Source: Massalongia carnosa
Taxonomy: Eukaryota
NCBI GenBank assembly: GCA_965645245.1
Contig: OZ287078.1
Span: forward strand, 930,001 to 994,000
Length of the DNA: 64,000 nt
Direction: 5' to 3'
Part shown: piece after piece, positions 37,062 to 50,608 of the stretch
Layout: each line of letters opens with the position of its first letter
How positions within the stretch are numbered: position 1 is the stretch's first letter
Made by a program: the position numbers and the translations under genes
The notes under the pieces: model-generated
What the model saw: the letters and a program-made list of their open reading frames with translations, nothing else
What the model was told of the DNA's origin: nothing
Database searches by the model: none

Positions 37062-38252
37062 ATGAACTACGGTGCTTTCTTCTAAATTCCCAGAGTGGAT
37101 TTCAAAACTGACCATGTTGAAGAATGGGTCCTTGACGGGGGTTACTTACCTCATGCTATCATACGCCTTGGGATTCGGCGTCAGCTTCAAGAACGTATCC
37201 GCATGATTCAAAGCACCTCACTTGAAGAAACCTATATTAAAAAAATGAAATATGTGAAAGCACTACGTACTCGACCAATTGCTATTGAGACTACAACCGC
37301 AAATACCCAGCACTACGAGGTTGGCACAGGAGTCCTCGAAGCCTGCCTGGGGCCCAGAATGAAATATAGTTCTTGCCTCTATCCTAATGGAGCCGAGACT
37401 CTCGGACAAGCAGAAGTTGAAATGCTCAAGACATATGTGGAGAAAGCAGAGCTTGCTAATGGAATGGAAATTCTGGATCTCGGGTGAGCGAATAAATCTA
37501 TGCGTGGGAAGAGAAAGAAACTAATAACTAGCCTCTGAAGCTGCGGTTGGGGTTCTAGTGCGCTGTTCTTTGCCGAGATCTTTCCCAAAGCGCGAATCAC
37601 AGCTTTCTCCAACTCAAGGACGCAGAAAGTATATATTGACGACCAAGCTACATTGAAGGGACTCAGCAATCTCCGGGTGATTACGGGGGATGTTGTAGAC
37701 TACGAATTTGAGCCAAATGCCTATGACCGCGTCCTGTCTGTGGAGCTTTTCGAGCACATGAAGAACTACGAGCTTCTCATGGCTAAGGTCGCTTGCGCTT
37801 TGAAGCCTCAGGGAAAGCTCTTCGTTCACATATTCACGCATAAGACAACTCCCTATGATTTTGAGGATGGATGGATGAGCACTCATTTCTTTACTGGGGG
37901 AACCATGCCAAGTGCGGATTTGCTGCATTATTTTCAGAGAGATCTTCAACTACAGGATCAGTGGTGGGTTAGCGGGAAGCATTATGCAAAGACATGCGAG
38001 GTATGATATGGTCCTGAGTCCTTTGATTTTTTCATAGTTGCGTCTACTGATACTAATGATCAGGACTGGTTATCGAATATGAATGCAAACAAATCTAAGA
38101 TATGGCCTCATCTAGAAAAAACATATGGCGCCAAAGATACGGCCATGTGGTTCTATAGATGGCAGATATTTTATATGGCTTGCGCAGAGTTATTTGCGTA
38201 TGAGGAAGGGCAAACCTGGGGAGTTTCCCATTACCTCTTCCAAAAGCCATAA
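37062..38252 (+). CDS. SAM-dependent methyltransferase, CFA-synthase / coclaurine N-methyltransferase-like
   Basis: [61 protein letters not shown] and [13 protein letters not shown]. Introns ~37072-37122, ~37484-37540 and ~38001-38064. Confidence 0.88.
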
Positions 38253-38523
38253 AATCGTCTTGACAGGAAGCTCCGCCATAGGAAGGAGATGCGATAAAGA
38301 AGTGTAATCTTTACTTAAGGCTTAGTTTCTTATAGCAAGCACCGACAAAGCTTTATGACCTTAATGTACCCAACGAAAGCAACATCTCCCCACTACTCGT
38401 TATCTCTTATGAGTTCTAAGCACAAATATTTCGTCCACGTTATGTAAGCGTGAGAGAAAATGTGCCTGATTCGAGATACATAAAGAACCCGCCCCCTAAA
38501 AGTAGGACTTTTAATAACTCTGC

Positions 38524-38780
38524 TCAATGATCCCATGGGTGCTTCCAACCCATCAATACAGGCCCGTCCTTCTTGGCGCGATACATCAACTATTATGATT
38601 AGGTGCTTACTTGGAAATGTAACGCTAGAGGAAGCTCACAAAGAACCACATCGAGGCACCTAGGAGCGTTGCAGAGTATCGGTACAATGGACGGACCTAC
38701 GGCTAGGTTAGTATTCGGACAGGTCCGAAGAAACAGAAGAAGCTAACCGGATGAATGTGGATTGGGTGATTGCCCGCCAT
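38524..38780 (-). CDS. NADH:ubiquinone oxidoreductase accessory subunit, NDUFB2-like (51 aa, 3 exons)
   Basis: Exons 38780-38748, 38696-38640 and 38589-38524 give MAGNHPIHIHPVRPLYRYSATLLGASMWFFLMYRAKKDGPVLMGWKHPWDH*. Both introns are GT..CTAAY..AG. Confidence 0.88.
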
Positions 38781-39299
38781 GATTACTGTTTCTAGAACCT
38801 ATTGATGGAGCTCCTATGCGGCACAAGTTTGCAGCAATCCATAGTCAGGGAGAGTTACTTGAGGTTAAGTTCTAGAACAACAATCTGTATGTAACTTGGG
38901 ATCGCAGCCGTTCCAGGCTAGAGCCTCTTTGGGTTTAGGTACCGTTATGTATCACATGATACAGACTTTACTCGGTTCCTATGTCATTGGTAGACTTCTT
39001 GGCCCATTCACGAATAAAATTATCTATCAATGGGACTGCTATGATCATTTTTCCTCCCATTCTTGCGCGCACGACCCTTAGCCATCTATTTTACTTTTGT
39101 ATCGCAATACATTGTTACATTGCGCCCCGTAACTACAGAACTTCATCATCGCTTCAATAGAATTTCCTAATTGGAAGCTCTCATACCGACAATATATTTC
39201 CTGAATGGACACAGCAGCGCACATCTCCGATACTCTATCAAATCTTACGGAGGAGGGTCTTTTCCACCGAAGAAATTAGGGCCCTGACCATCAAACGCC

Positions 39300-41027
39300 A
39301 TGGAAAGCAGTCCACAACCATCAATTGAACAGTCGCCGGGCGGTCTGCCAAACAACAAAGCACAAGTGGCAAAGCTATCTCTTGAGAAAAACTCGGAAGG
39401 GCTTGCAAGGTTTCATGGTTGTTCAAGCATAAAGAATTATGAGGTGTTAGAAAAACTTGGAGAAGGCACCTTTGGGGAGGTTCACAAAGCTCGCTCGTTG
39501 AAGACTGGACGCATTGTAGCTTTGAAGAAGATTCTCATGCACAATGAGAAGGATGGATTTCCTATTACTGCTCTTCGGGAAATCAAACTTCTCAAGATGC
39601 TGTTTCACCCGAACGTATTAAAGCTGGAAGAAATGGCCATGGAGCGCAGCAAAGGCGAACTGAAGAGGAAAGCAGTCATGTATATGGTTACACCATATAT
39701 GGACCATGATCTCTCTGGTCTTCTCGAAAATCCCTCCGTGCACCTTAAAGAATCTTATATTAAGTGTTACATGCTGCAGCTTCTTAAAGGACTTCAATAC
39801 CTACATGCAAATAAAATCCTGCATAGAGATATGAAAGCTGCTAATCTTCTTATCAACAATAAAGGGATCCTTCAGATTGCGGACTTCGGTCTCGCCAGGC
39901 CATATGATGATGCAGTTCCTCTACCAGGTAAAGGCGGCGGGGAAGCTACAAGAGATTATACCACGCTTGTCGTTACACGTTGGTATCGACCGCCTGAGTT
40001 GCTTTTACAGCTCCGCCGATACACGACGGCCATCGATATGTGGGGCGTTGGCTGTGTATTTGGTGAAATGTTCAAGGGAAGGCCGATTCTCGCCGGCAAC
40101 AGCGATCTCAACCAAGCGCAGATCATTTTCGATCTCGTGGGATCACCTAATGAAGAGAATATGCCAGGATGGAGTTCGCTTCCTGGCTGTGAGGGCGTTT
40201 CTTCGTTTCCGCACCGGCCTAGTACACTCTCGCAAGTTTTTCGCGAGCAAGGTTCTTCAGCCATATCTCTTCTCAGTGAGCTCTTGAAGCTCGACTGGCG
40301 AAAACGGATTAACGCAATAGACGCATTAGAGCATCCTTATTTCAAAAACCCCCCTTTACCAGCACAACCCCATGAGATTCCTCACTTCGACGACTCACAT
40401 GAGCTTGACCGCCGAAAGTTTCGGGGTCAAAAAGCAGCCTTGCCGCCAGCACCAGCTGGATACGATGTAGGGATGGGTCCGAATGGAGACTGGGCCCACA
40501 ACAGTGGTCTTGGCAACAATCCTAACTCGCAACGACTCCGAGGAGGGAACGTTGGGTTTAATAATGGCCAACAACCGTATCCGCCAAGACGAATTCCTTA
40601 TGAGCATCGACCTCCAAACACACAACAAGATCAGAGAAACCCAGGCCCTTCCATCCCGCCTGCCCATCGCCCAGCGTGGGCTCGGGATGCTATTGGCCTT
40701 CCACCGAGACCGCCTCCTAGCAACATGGGCTGGGGCGGCCCGGGTTGGACCAACGAAGGTCCTTTGGAGGCGAACCGAGGCAGACCTCCGCCAAGGGCAC
40801 TTCCGCCTAGGGGCGGAGCAGCTCCGATTGACACATATATACCTAGATACGCGAGCCGCGATGATGGATTCCGGGGTCGTGAAGATGGCCAACGGAGAGA
40901 CGACCGAGGCGAGCGAGCGCGCCATGGGGATCGACGGGAGCATGATCCCCGAGAACCTGGTAGGCGCCGGAGCAGAAGCCCAGATGCTCGAGACCGGGAT
41001 CGTAACAGGGAACTCTATCGGCGATGA
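39300..41027 (+). CDS. BUR1: Cyclin-dependent kinase Bur1/Sgv1 (CDK9-like), intronless
   Basis: [35 protein letters not shown] and [17 protein letters not shown]; low-complexity P/G/R/D tail. Confidence 0.94.
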   Translation: MESSPQPSIEQSPGGLPNNKAQVAKLSLEKNSEGLARFHGCSSIKNYEVLEKLGEGTFGEVHKARSLKTGRIVALKKILMHNEKDGFPITALREIKLLKMLFHPNVLKLEEMAMERSKGELKRKAVMYMVTPYMDHDLSGLLENPSVHLKESYIKCYMLQLLKGLQYLHANKILHRDMKAANLLINNKGILQIADFGLARPYDDAVPLPGKGGGEATRDYTTLVVTRWYRPPELLLQLRRYTTAIDMWGVGCVFGEMFKGRPILAGNSDLNQAQIIFDLVGSPNEENMPGWSSLPGCEGVSSFPHRPSTLSQVFREQGSSAISLLSELLKLDWRKRINAIDALEHPYFKNPPLPAQPHEIPHFDDSHELDRRKFRGQKAALPPAPAGYDVGMGPNGDWAHNSGLGNNPNSQRLRGGNVGFNNGQQPYPPRRIPYEHRPPNTQQDQRNPGPSIPPAHRPAWARDAIGLPPRPPPSNMGWGGPGWTNEGPLEANRGRPPPRALPPRGGAAPIDTYIPRYASRDDGFRGREDGQRRDDRGERARHGDRREHDPREPGRRRSRSPDARDRDRNRELYRR

Positions 41028-41282
41028 TCACGTGTAATGCTTTGGGACGGGGTTTTACGGCGAGATTCAAAGTTTTTCCAATGCTTTAGCGCTATTTTGG
41101 TACCTTACCAGCGCCGGAATGGGGGATTATGTGGTGGTCAGGCTTTGATTAGAATAAGGAAGCAAAATCCGTAACCTTGATTATTGGGCCTGAATGGATG
41201 ACTGTACCTTATGCAGGCCTGAAAGTGTTTAATCTACGGATTCGTGTCATCTATCAGCTGCCACTAACATTCTATGTTTTCT

Positions 41283-41738
41283 CACGCGGGTGGGAAAAAA
41301 AACCGGACACCAAATTTCAGCCCCATCAACCCATTTTTACAATCACACAAACCTGACTTTCAACACACACGATTTTGAAGTCGCATGAAACACTACTTCA
41401 ACTGTGCATCTTCTTCTGATTTGTCTCCTATCGAGAACTGCTCACAGCCATCGAAACAGCATATTCGTAAATATCCTCATTGAGACGATGTTACTACTAA
41501 AGAGTTGATTTTCGAGGGCTGAAATCACGTTTCACAGAAATATATCAACAAAAAAATGATTGAAATGCCTGATCGTCTTCGAGCAGTGATAACAGGTGAA
41601 GGGAAAATGACTGATTATTAATGAGTTTCAATCGCATGTATAATGAGTTAAATCATCTCTGTACTTGTAATCAGTAGTAAATTTGATGAGGGAATGCGGG
41701 GACGATTTTGGTGTCCGGTTTATTTTTTCACCCGCGTG
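41283..41738 (+). mobile_element. Internally deleted Tc1-like element (456 bp)
   Basis: ~32-bp imperfect TIRs CACGCGGGTG..AAACCGGACACCAAA. Residual transposase C-terminus EG*NHVSQKYINKKMIEMPDRLRAVITGEGKMTDY*. No TA TSD seen. Confidence 0.75.
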
Positions 41739-41781
41739 GGGGGTTAAGGTAGACGATGATGTATTAGGTAGATACACTATC

Positions 41782-44700
41782 TGTAGGTACCAAAAGGGGG
41801 ATTCCAGAAGGGGATTCTAGGGGGATTCTAGAAGGAAGGGGACTAGCTAGATAAGGCTAGAATGGAATGGATCGGAAGGGCTAGAACAAGCGGGCACGTG
41901 CTTATCACGTGTTCGCCCACTATAGATAGTAGCCCTTCCCAGATAGAATCCATGCATCATCCACCAAACCAAGCACCAAGACGTAGTTATCGTATTACGC
42001 CAGGTGCAGGTAGGTGGACCCACACTGATCAGTTTTCGAATTCAGATCAGAAACCACCTTCGGAATCAACTTCTAGAAACCTTCTCTCACCTAGCCCTCA
42101 GATCAGAAACTTTTTCATCTAGTCGGCAAATCAGAAATCATCCAAAAATGTCGAAGCAACCAGACCCATCTCACGAGGAATCCAGTTTTCTTGAAGGAAT
42201 CAGCACCATGAATCTCGATCCCACCGCGGCCATCGCCGACATGACACTCTTTCGTAAATACACCACCAGCGCATTTAACGAGTACATCAAAGCCAACATG
42301 GAAGATTTTCGTCTTTGGGAAGCCATATACTACGACTTCCAGAATTGGGAGGAAAAACATTGGAAGTCACTGGACACCGTTACCTGGGCTCTCATCAAGG
42401 ATTGTTGCCTACCCCGCGGAATTTGGATCGATAACTTTGGCAAGAAGGGAAGTAGAGCCAAAATCATGATAAAAGTCGTCCAAGATGACTACGATGGAGA
42501 ATGGGACATAGAGAGAATTTTGTACGTGGAGAAGAACTATCATCGTTTGTCAAGGTATATCCAGAGTCGTAAAAATCATCTGCTAGGTAGAACTAGTGAT
42601 GCCTCTGCATCTGCACCTCCAAGTCCATCGATAGCACATGCAGGGGCACCGCCACTCCCACCTACCGAAAATCAACCCCTGGGTCAACCAATAGGGCAGC
42701 TTCATTTTTCCCCTGCTGCCCCGATACGGCAAAACCAACCTATGGCTCGACCAATCAGACAGCCTCGTTTACCACCTGCAACGGGAAATCCGATCTATCA
42801 AGATCGACCGACACCCTACAACGTCTCTCGGCATCCCGAGCCTTCATACGCCCCGCAGCGGCAAATGCCGAAACCTTACGAGACTGCCTATTACGAGCCA
42901 CCGGCACCTACATGGGCCCCAGGACCAACACCTGGACCAAGTCAATATCCCAATCCGACTCCTGGCCATCAGTCTCACTATTCCAGTCCGACCTCAGGAA
43001 CTCAGTATTCCAAAGAATTGACTCAGTTAGACAAAATCTACAAGTCCGAAGACAAATTTAGCGGTACCGGAGACAATTTCTCTTTTAAACTAACCATCTA
43101 CTATGACAAATGCAGACTGGTCGGATTGCCGCCAGAGGCCTACATTCAGGGAGCCTCGATCATGCTTTCTGGACAGGCTCAAAATCACTACTATGCAAAT
43201 CGGGGGGATGCTGCCTCATTTGAAGAATTCTGTCGGAAGATGCAACTCTTTTTTGAAGGTCCCGAATGGCAACGGTTGAATTTGGCTAAATGGCAAACAG
43301 TCAGCCTAAACGATACAATTGCGGCAAACCCCACCTTGAATACTACCGAATGCCTCCGGAAGATGTGTACCGAGATCGACACTATTCAACGAGGCATCGA
43401 TCCCGCATACCATGGACCAGTACACCTCCGAGAAAACATCATACGGGCCTGCCGCGGGCATCCCGCGCTCGCCGCCGGCCTCACCAATCCTGTCTCAGAC
43501 ACCTCCGGTCTGGTCAATAATCTATACGCATCAATTATCAATTACGAGGCGGTGCACAAACCCACTTCAACGAGTGGATACGTGCAATCTTACAACGAAG
43601 GGGATGACGAGGCGGAGGCATACTTCACCGACCGACGGTACCGAGGACCCGGTCGAGGCAGAGATGGGTTCAAACCCTACCTCTCAGGCGGACCTACACC
43701 ATCCCGACAGTTCGGAGTCCCGTCATCCCGAGGGTTCTCGCGTCGGAAGAAATGCTTCGTATGCGGAAAAGAAGGATGTTGGTCTAGTAATCATACTCAG
43801 CAAGAACGGGATGATTCCAAAAAGCGATTCGCTAATCGCTTTCCTCAATACAAGAATCGTTCGGGATACGATCAGTATCTTCAGCAATACATCGCTCACT
43901 GTGAGGGCGATGAAGATGAAAATGATGTAGCCTACTTTTTCGACAATCTATCAATTGATTCTATCAATGACCCCATGCCTGCGTCCGAGGCAGCGGAGAA
44001 TGAGCTATTCCTCACCTCTATTGGTCGAATCAAAATTCCCGAGTCCGAACAGATGACCAACTTACTAGCCGACAATTCTTTTAAACACCGAATTACATCG
44101 ACAGATGAAACGATCACTTCCATCGCTCCGATTCCCTACACGTTCAACACGTCATCCAATTCCCGATACGATGAATCAGAATTCAAGGGACTATTGATAG
44201 ACTCGGGGGCCGCCACCAGATCCACGGGTGGCATCGGCCAGTTAAAAGCTCTGCAGAAAATTGACGACTCGATAAAATTTAACGTCAGCACTGCCGGGTC
44301 AGCCAGTTTTACATTTGGAATTGGAAGCACCGCATCTATAGGGACGGTACTATTGGAGACACCCATGGGACCAATTACATTCTACATAGTGAAAGTTAAT
44401 ACACCGTTCCTACTATGTCTGGCAGACATGGACCGGTTGGGAGCATTTTTCAACAATACCATTAACCAAGTTGTCCAAATCGGGCCCGGCACCGGTCGTT
44501 CTCATCCAGTCATTCGGCGGTACGGTCACGCATTTCTTCTATGGCGTACATCTGCTTACTCGGTCATCACCGAGTCTCTCAGCCAGAATCCTTGCTTTCT
44601 GACCGAAATAGAATTACGTCGCCTGCACCGCCGCTTCGGACATCCATCAGTACGCCGCCTACATCAGATTCTAGAACGATCCGGACATGAAGTGGAAATG

Positions 44701-47696
44701 CAGGCATTGCAGCATTTGACCAGATATTGCGAGCATTGCCAAAAGTATGGAAAATCGCCTGGCCGATTCAACTTCAACATTAAGGAAGACGATATCAACT
44801 TCAATTTCAACGTCATAGTGGACATTCTTTGCATACAAGGCAAACCGGTTCTACATCTGGTCGATGAAGCTACTCGGTTTCAGGCGGGACGATGGTTAAA
44901 ATAAATCTCTGCCCGGCATGTTTGGGACCAGCTGCGGACCTGCTGGATCGATACCTATCTCGGCCCACCAGATATCATCTCCTCCGATGCAGGGAAGCAA
45001 TTTACATCTCGGGAATTTAAGCAATACGCGGCAAATATGGGAATTGTCATAAAGAATGTTCCAGTGGAAGCTCATCATTCCATTGGAATGGTTGAACGGT
45101 ACCATGGACCACTACATCGGGTATACAATATAATCACTTCTGAAATTCCCGGGATCGACCCTGCGCTGGCCCTGCAGATGGCATTCAAGGCAATCAATGA
45201 CTCGGTCGGTCCGAATGGACTAGTGCCCACTCTATTGGTATTCGGAGCGTACCCAAGAATGGTGGAGTCAGATACCACTCCGACAATTACTCAACGCGCT
45301 GTAGCCATGCGGAAGGCAATGGATGAGGTCAGAAAAAGCATAGCATCCCGTCAGATCAACGATGCGCTTAATACTAGAAATGGACCATCTACGGATTCCA
45401 TACATGGACTGTCACTAAACTCCCCTGTCCTAGTATTCCGAGAGGGTAATGCGGGACAGACGGGGTCATGGAAGGGACCGTTCCGACTCATCTCCATGCA
45501 GGATGAGTCGATCATCGTCGAATTGCCAAGTGGTCCGACCAAATTTAGAAGCACGTCAGTCAAACCATACTACCATCTAAATCCCGAGAATGAATTTCCC
45601 AATGCTGCCGAGAATGAAATTCCAAATAACGCAGAATCGGACCCGACAAATCATGAACCACAGAATCCCGAGTCCGATCCAATCTCGGAACCAGTCTCGG
45701 CACCAGTCAAACGTGGCCGCGGGAGGCCCAGAAAGCATCCAGCCCAGGCTAACCTTTGTTTCGTCATGAAAGAAGACGAAAATCAATTTCCCATGAAAAA
45801 GGGAAACCAATTTACCGCATCAAGGCAAAAAGAAATTTCCGGACTACTGGAAAAAGGAGTATTCAAACTCGTTCAATTCGAAGACATCCCGGCCGGTGCC
45901 CGAGTCTTCAATTCCCGATTTGTAGATGAGACAAAGAATGCCGGGACTGAAAAAGCATTCGAAAAATCGAGACTAGTGGTACAGGCCTACAACGATATCA
46001 ATAAAAGCCTGGTACTTACTCAATCACCGACAATCCAAAGGGTGAGTCAGCGACTACTAATCTGCCTCGCTACCACCATTTCGAACACTAAGCTCTACCT
46101 TCGAGACGTTACTCAAGCGTACGTTCAATCAACGTCAGATTTGAATCGAGACTTCTACATTCGCCCGCCTCATGAATTAGCTACGCTACTAGGTGCCCCA
46201 TCCGACTGCATACTTCAGGTCGTAAAACCACTATACGGGGTCCCGGAGGCAGGTAATCATTGGTTCGCTACCTACCACGGGCATCATCTGAATAGACTCG
46301 GGATGACGGAGTCGACATACGATCCGTGCCTACTGTATAAGACCAATTCATCGGAATTCGGAATCGTCGGAATGCAAACCGACGATACATTAATTCTAGC
46401 CAATGACATCTTCGCTACCAAAGAGGAAAAAGCCATCAAGGAAGCAAACATCCTGACCAAGCAACGGGACTGCCTCACCCCTGGCAGCCCAATCAAATTC
46501 AACGGAACCAAGATCGACCTAGGCCCAAACGGGGAAATTAAAGTCACGACCAATGCTGAAGGCATTTCATTAATAGCAAATCACAATGCCGCATCAACTA
46601 GCTCCAAGGGAAAAGTCCGGCCCAGGCTATCACCAAAAGACCAATATGTGGCCCAAAGGGCACGAGGTGCATACATCGCCTCAATCTGCCAACCAGAAGC
46701 AGCTTTTGATCTGTCCCATGCGGCGCAGTCCATCGAATTTTCATCAGATGATGTTGCCCTACTAAATAAGCGCCTGGATTGGCAATTGGAAAATAAGACA
46801 AGGGGTTTAAAGTATGTCCAACTAGATCAGAATTCACTTCAACTAGTCGTCTTCACCGACGCCTCATTTGCAAATAACCGGGATTTGTCGTCGCAAATTG
46901 GATTTGTCATCTGCATTGCAGACTCAACAGGCAAAGCCAACATCATTCACTGGTCGTCAATCAAGTGCAAACGAGTCACCAGAAGCGTATTAGCTGCGGA
47001 ACTGTACGGCATGGCACATGGCTTTGACACCGGCGCGGTGGTCAAGGCTACTCTAACAAAGATGCTCGGGTCGTCTAGATCTAAACATGAGATTCCGTTG
47101 ATACTGTGTACGGATTCCAAATCATTATATGATTGTTTGGTCCGATTGGGAACGACCAATGAGAAACGTTTGATGATCGATGTAATGAGCCTCCGACAGT
47201 CATATGAAAGGCGAGAAGTGACAGAAGTAAAGTGGATTCATGGTCAGAATAACCCGGCAGATTCAATGACCAAATCCAAACCATCTTCGGCACTAAAGGC
47301 AGTCATCGACATCAATCAGATCAACCTGGACACTTCCGAATTGGTAGAACGGGAGTTCAAAAAGGGAGCTGGGAATCAGGGGTAGGAATCGAGGCAAAGG
47401 GTAAATTCCGGTCAAAAAGCGACCATTTTTTCCATCTTTCAAAGAGTGCCCAGTGTAGGTACCAAAAGGGGGATTCCAGAAGGGGATTCTAGGGGGATTC
47501 TAGAAGGAAGGGGACTAGCCAGATAAGGCTAGAATAGAATGGATCGGAAGGGCTAGAACAAGCGGGCACGTGCTTATCACGTGTTCGCCCACTATAGATA
47601 GTAGCCCTTCCCAGATAGAATCCATTCATCATCCACCAAACCAAGCACCAAGACGTAGTTATCGTATTACGCCAGGTGCAGGTAGGTGGACCCACA
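41782..47696 (+). mobile_element. Ty1/Copia LTR retrotransposon, probably GalEa clade, full length (5915 bp)
   Basis: 243-bp LTRs at 41782-42024 and 47454-47696 (~3 differences); TSD CTATC at 41777-81 and 47697-701. CTGATCAGT directly after the 5' LTR; domain order gag-PR-IN-RT-RH. Confidence 0.96.
42148..47385 (+). pseudogene. Copia gag-pol polyprotein with one in-frame stop (TAA 44902-44904)
   Basis: CFVCGKEGCWSSNH knuckle, LIDSGAA protease, HRRFGH..CEHC integrase, KSRLVVQAY, RDVTQAY, KPLYG, QTDD, FTDASFA and CTDSKS. The two track ORFs are in the same frame. Confidence 0.92.
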
Positions 47697-48024
47697 CTAT
47701 CCGTATCCACGAAAGAAAACCGGTTCCTTTCAAAGCAACGTAGGAGTTCCCGAGCCCTTCTTGGAACCCGTCCAACTTTGGAGATATTGTTTTGAAGTCC
47801 GACATTTTACTTTTTCCATAGAACTAACGGAAAAAGAAGAAAAAAAGCTAGCATGTAGATAGGAGGGATAAAACCGCTTAATGAAGGAAATTGGAAAATT
47901 TCCGCCAACATATATCTTAAGTAGGTGGTTATCCGGTTCAGCCAGGCCCGACCAATGCGCTTTCCGCAACACGTGGGGTTTGTTCATCAGGGTAAAAGAG
48001 GTTCAAGAAAACACCTCAAAAGTC

Positions 48025-48031
48025 TGACTCA
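48025..48031 (+). promoter_or_regulatory. Putative Gcn4/CpcA binding site TGACTCA
   Basis: Perfect consensus ~340 bp upstream of an amino-acid biosynthesis gene. The motif is short, so chance is possible. Confidence 0.5.
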
Positions 48032-48372
48032 TCCTCCACAAATATATATTTTTTCTCTTTCTTTTCACACTCGATCGTTTGTGCTAGCTTGATCACTAAA
48101 GATTTTTACGCAATTTAGTAGAGTAAAGATAGATTTCTCGCTGCAAAGCATGCTTGGGAACTAGATTTGCTTCGAGGACAAGAAAAAAATCCTAAGTCTC
48201 GCAATATCTCTCAATTGGTGGAAGCTCGGCTGGTTGCTTGATAGTTGAGAGCAAGGCGTCGAAGAAGTAGGCCGGTGTCGGTCCTAACTATCCGAGGGAT
48301 CTAAGACGAGGTTAGAAATTACCAATCACTTCACGAGCTCGATTTGTTGATAAGTACTGGTATTCATGGATT

Positions 48373-50191
48373 ATGGGCTCGCAAGTTCCTCTGGTCAATG
48401 GAGATAGCACTGCTTCAAGTTTACCGCATTACAATAATCCGTCCAAAACCTGGGTGGTCCAAAAGTTCGGTGGCACTAGCGTAGGGAAATCCGCCGATAA
48501 GATCGCCGAAGACATCGTAAGGTGCGGGAGCAAAACCATCTTTCAGTGTATGTGTGCGCAAAAACTTATTGCTAACTGCGGGTAGGGCAAGCCTTTCTGA
48601 TCATCGCGTCGCAGTCGTCTGCTCCGCCCGTAGCAGTAACTCAAAGATAGAAGGTACCACGAACAAGTATTGACGTCAAATTTTCTCTGATGATTATGGA
48701 TTTCTTTGCTGATACAGGCAACAGGCTTCTTCGAGCCGCACGAGAGGCGGAGCACTCCCATTCTCGAGGGTACGAAGATATAGTGGATTCAATACAAGAT
48801 GACCACATCCAGGCCGCAGAAACTTTTATCAGGTCTCCTAAAATTGTCGGAGATATCTCCAAAGCTATATCCAATGAGTGCCAAGAGCTGAAGGGATTTT
48901 TGGCAGCAGCCCAAAAAGTGGGCGAAATAAGTCCAAAATCGATTGACAAAATCATCAGCCGAGGTGAAAACCTTAGTGCTCGTTATGTCACGGCGTTGCT
49001 GCAGGATCGCGGCGTTGACTCGCAGTTCATTGACCTGTCCGAAGTTATGCGATTTGGCACGGTTCACGGATTAGATCAAGATTTTTATGATCATTTAGCG
49101 AAGACACTGGGGAAAGAGATAGAGAAATGCAAGGAGAAAGTGCCGGTCATCACCGGGTTTTTCGGACCTATTCCTGGGGGCTTGCTTGACCAGATTGGTA
49201 GAGGATATACGGATCTTTGTGCGGCTTTAGTGGCCGTCGGCGTTGGGGCAGAGGAGCTTCAAGTATGGAAAGAAGTTCCGGGGATTTTTACAGCTGGTCA
49301 GTTTTCCAAAACCCCAGCAATCAGACATTCTGACATCTCCAAGACCCTGGAAAGGTGCCTACAGCACGACTGATTAGTAAGATTTCTCCTGCTGAAGCTG
49401 CGGAACTTACATTTTATGGCGCGGAAGTCATACATCCTTTCACGATGCAGCAGGTCATCCAAGCAAGAATACCCATTCGCATCAAGGACGTTACAAACCC
49501 ACGTGGTTCCGGCACTCTAATTTCGCCCGATGCTTCGGGGAAACTAGACGCATCAGTCTCCAGCCTTGACTCCAATATCTTTCGTACTCGAAGTGCTAGT
49601 ATTTTATCGGAAAACCAGCGTCCCAAGCGGCCTACTGCACTGACAATCAAGCACAAAATCTTGGTGATCAATGTTCATTCTAATAAACGCAGTCTATCTC
49701 ATGGCTTCTTCGCCAAAATATTCTCGACTCTGGACAAGTGGAGATTATCCGTTGATCTTATCTCCACGTCTGAGGTGCACGTGTCGATGGCTTTGCACTC
49801 TGAATCTGCCGTGGTCGCCGGGGGCAATCATGAGGATGAGCGAGAGATTGTGGATCATGACCTTCGAGGAGCAATCGAAGAGCTGAAGGGCTATGGCACA
49901 GTGGATATCATCGACGGCATGGCCATCCTAAGCCTAGTTGGCAAGCAGATGAAGAATATGATGGGAATCGCAGGAAAAATGTTTTCAACGTTGGGAGAAA
50001 ATAATGTCAATATTGAGATGATATCCCAAGGTAGGGTGTTAGCCTGTCTTCTGGTTTGTAAAAGCGGACACGCAAGCTGAAGACACAATATAGGAGCTAG
50101 CGAAATTAATATTTCGTGCGTGATTGAGGAACGAGAGGCTGATCGAGCTATCAATATACTGCACACGAATCTTTTTACATTTCTGGATTAG
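48373..50191 (+). CDS. HOM3: Aspartate kinase, spliced
   Basis: WVVQKFGGTSVGK, VAVVCSARS, GRGYTDLCAAL, QVWKEVPGIFTADP, AAELTFYGAEVIHPFT and ACT domains (NIEMISQGASEINISCVI). Stop TAG at 50189-91. Confidence 0.95.
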
Positions 50192-50575
50192 AGGTTTGAA
50201 GAGGTATATAGCAGAAGTGTTTAATATTTGAGCCTGAGAAAGTGGCGCCAGCTGCCCCTACATTTTATAGTGAGATTGTGTTCTATACGAGATCTCCAGG
50301 GGGGGGGTTTCTGTCTGCATGATGTACAAAATTTGCTGCAGGGAGAAAAAAAGATACCTAACGAGAATAAAGCACAAAGTACACCTTGGAGGACTTTTCT
50401 TTTGCTTGTTCCCTGGTTCGTGGTCAGCAACATTTTTTTGGGAACCCAACAGTTTTCCTGCTTCAACCTAGAGCCAAATGTGCTGATCATTCGATACTAA
50501 TGCTGGTTTCAGATTGACATCTCTGCCACGTAAGTACGGTCACAGGGCAAAAGAAAACCCAGAAAGTACCTACTA

Positions 50576-50608
50576 ATCGCGTGGCGGACGCGGGTCAATG
50601 TCGCGTTT
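50576..50608. promoter_or_regulatory. Cluster of three CGCG cores (MCB-like, MBF/SBF type) upstream of the forkhead gene
   Basis: ATCGCGT, GACGCGG and TCGCGTTT within 33 bp, ~850 bp upstream of the ATG; fits G1/S control known for yeast HCM1. Confidence 0.35.
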
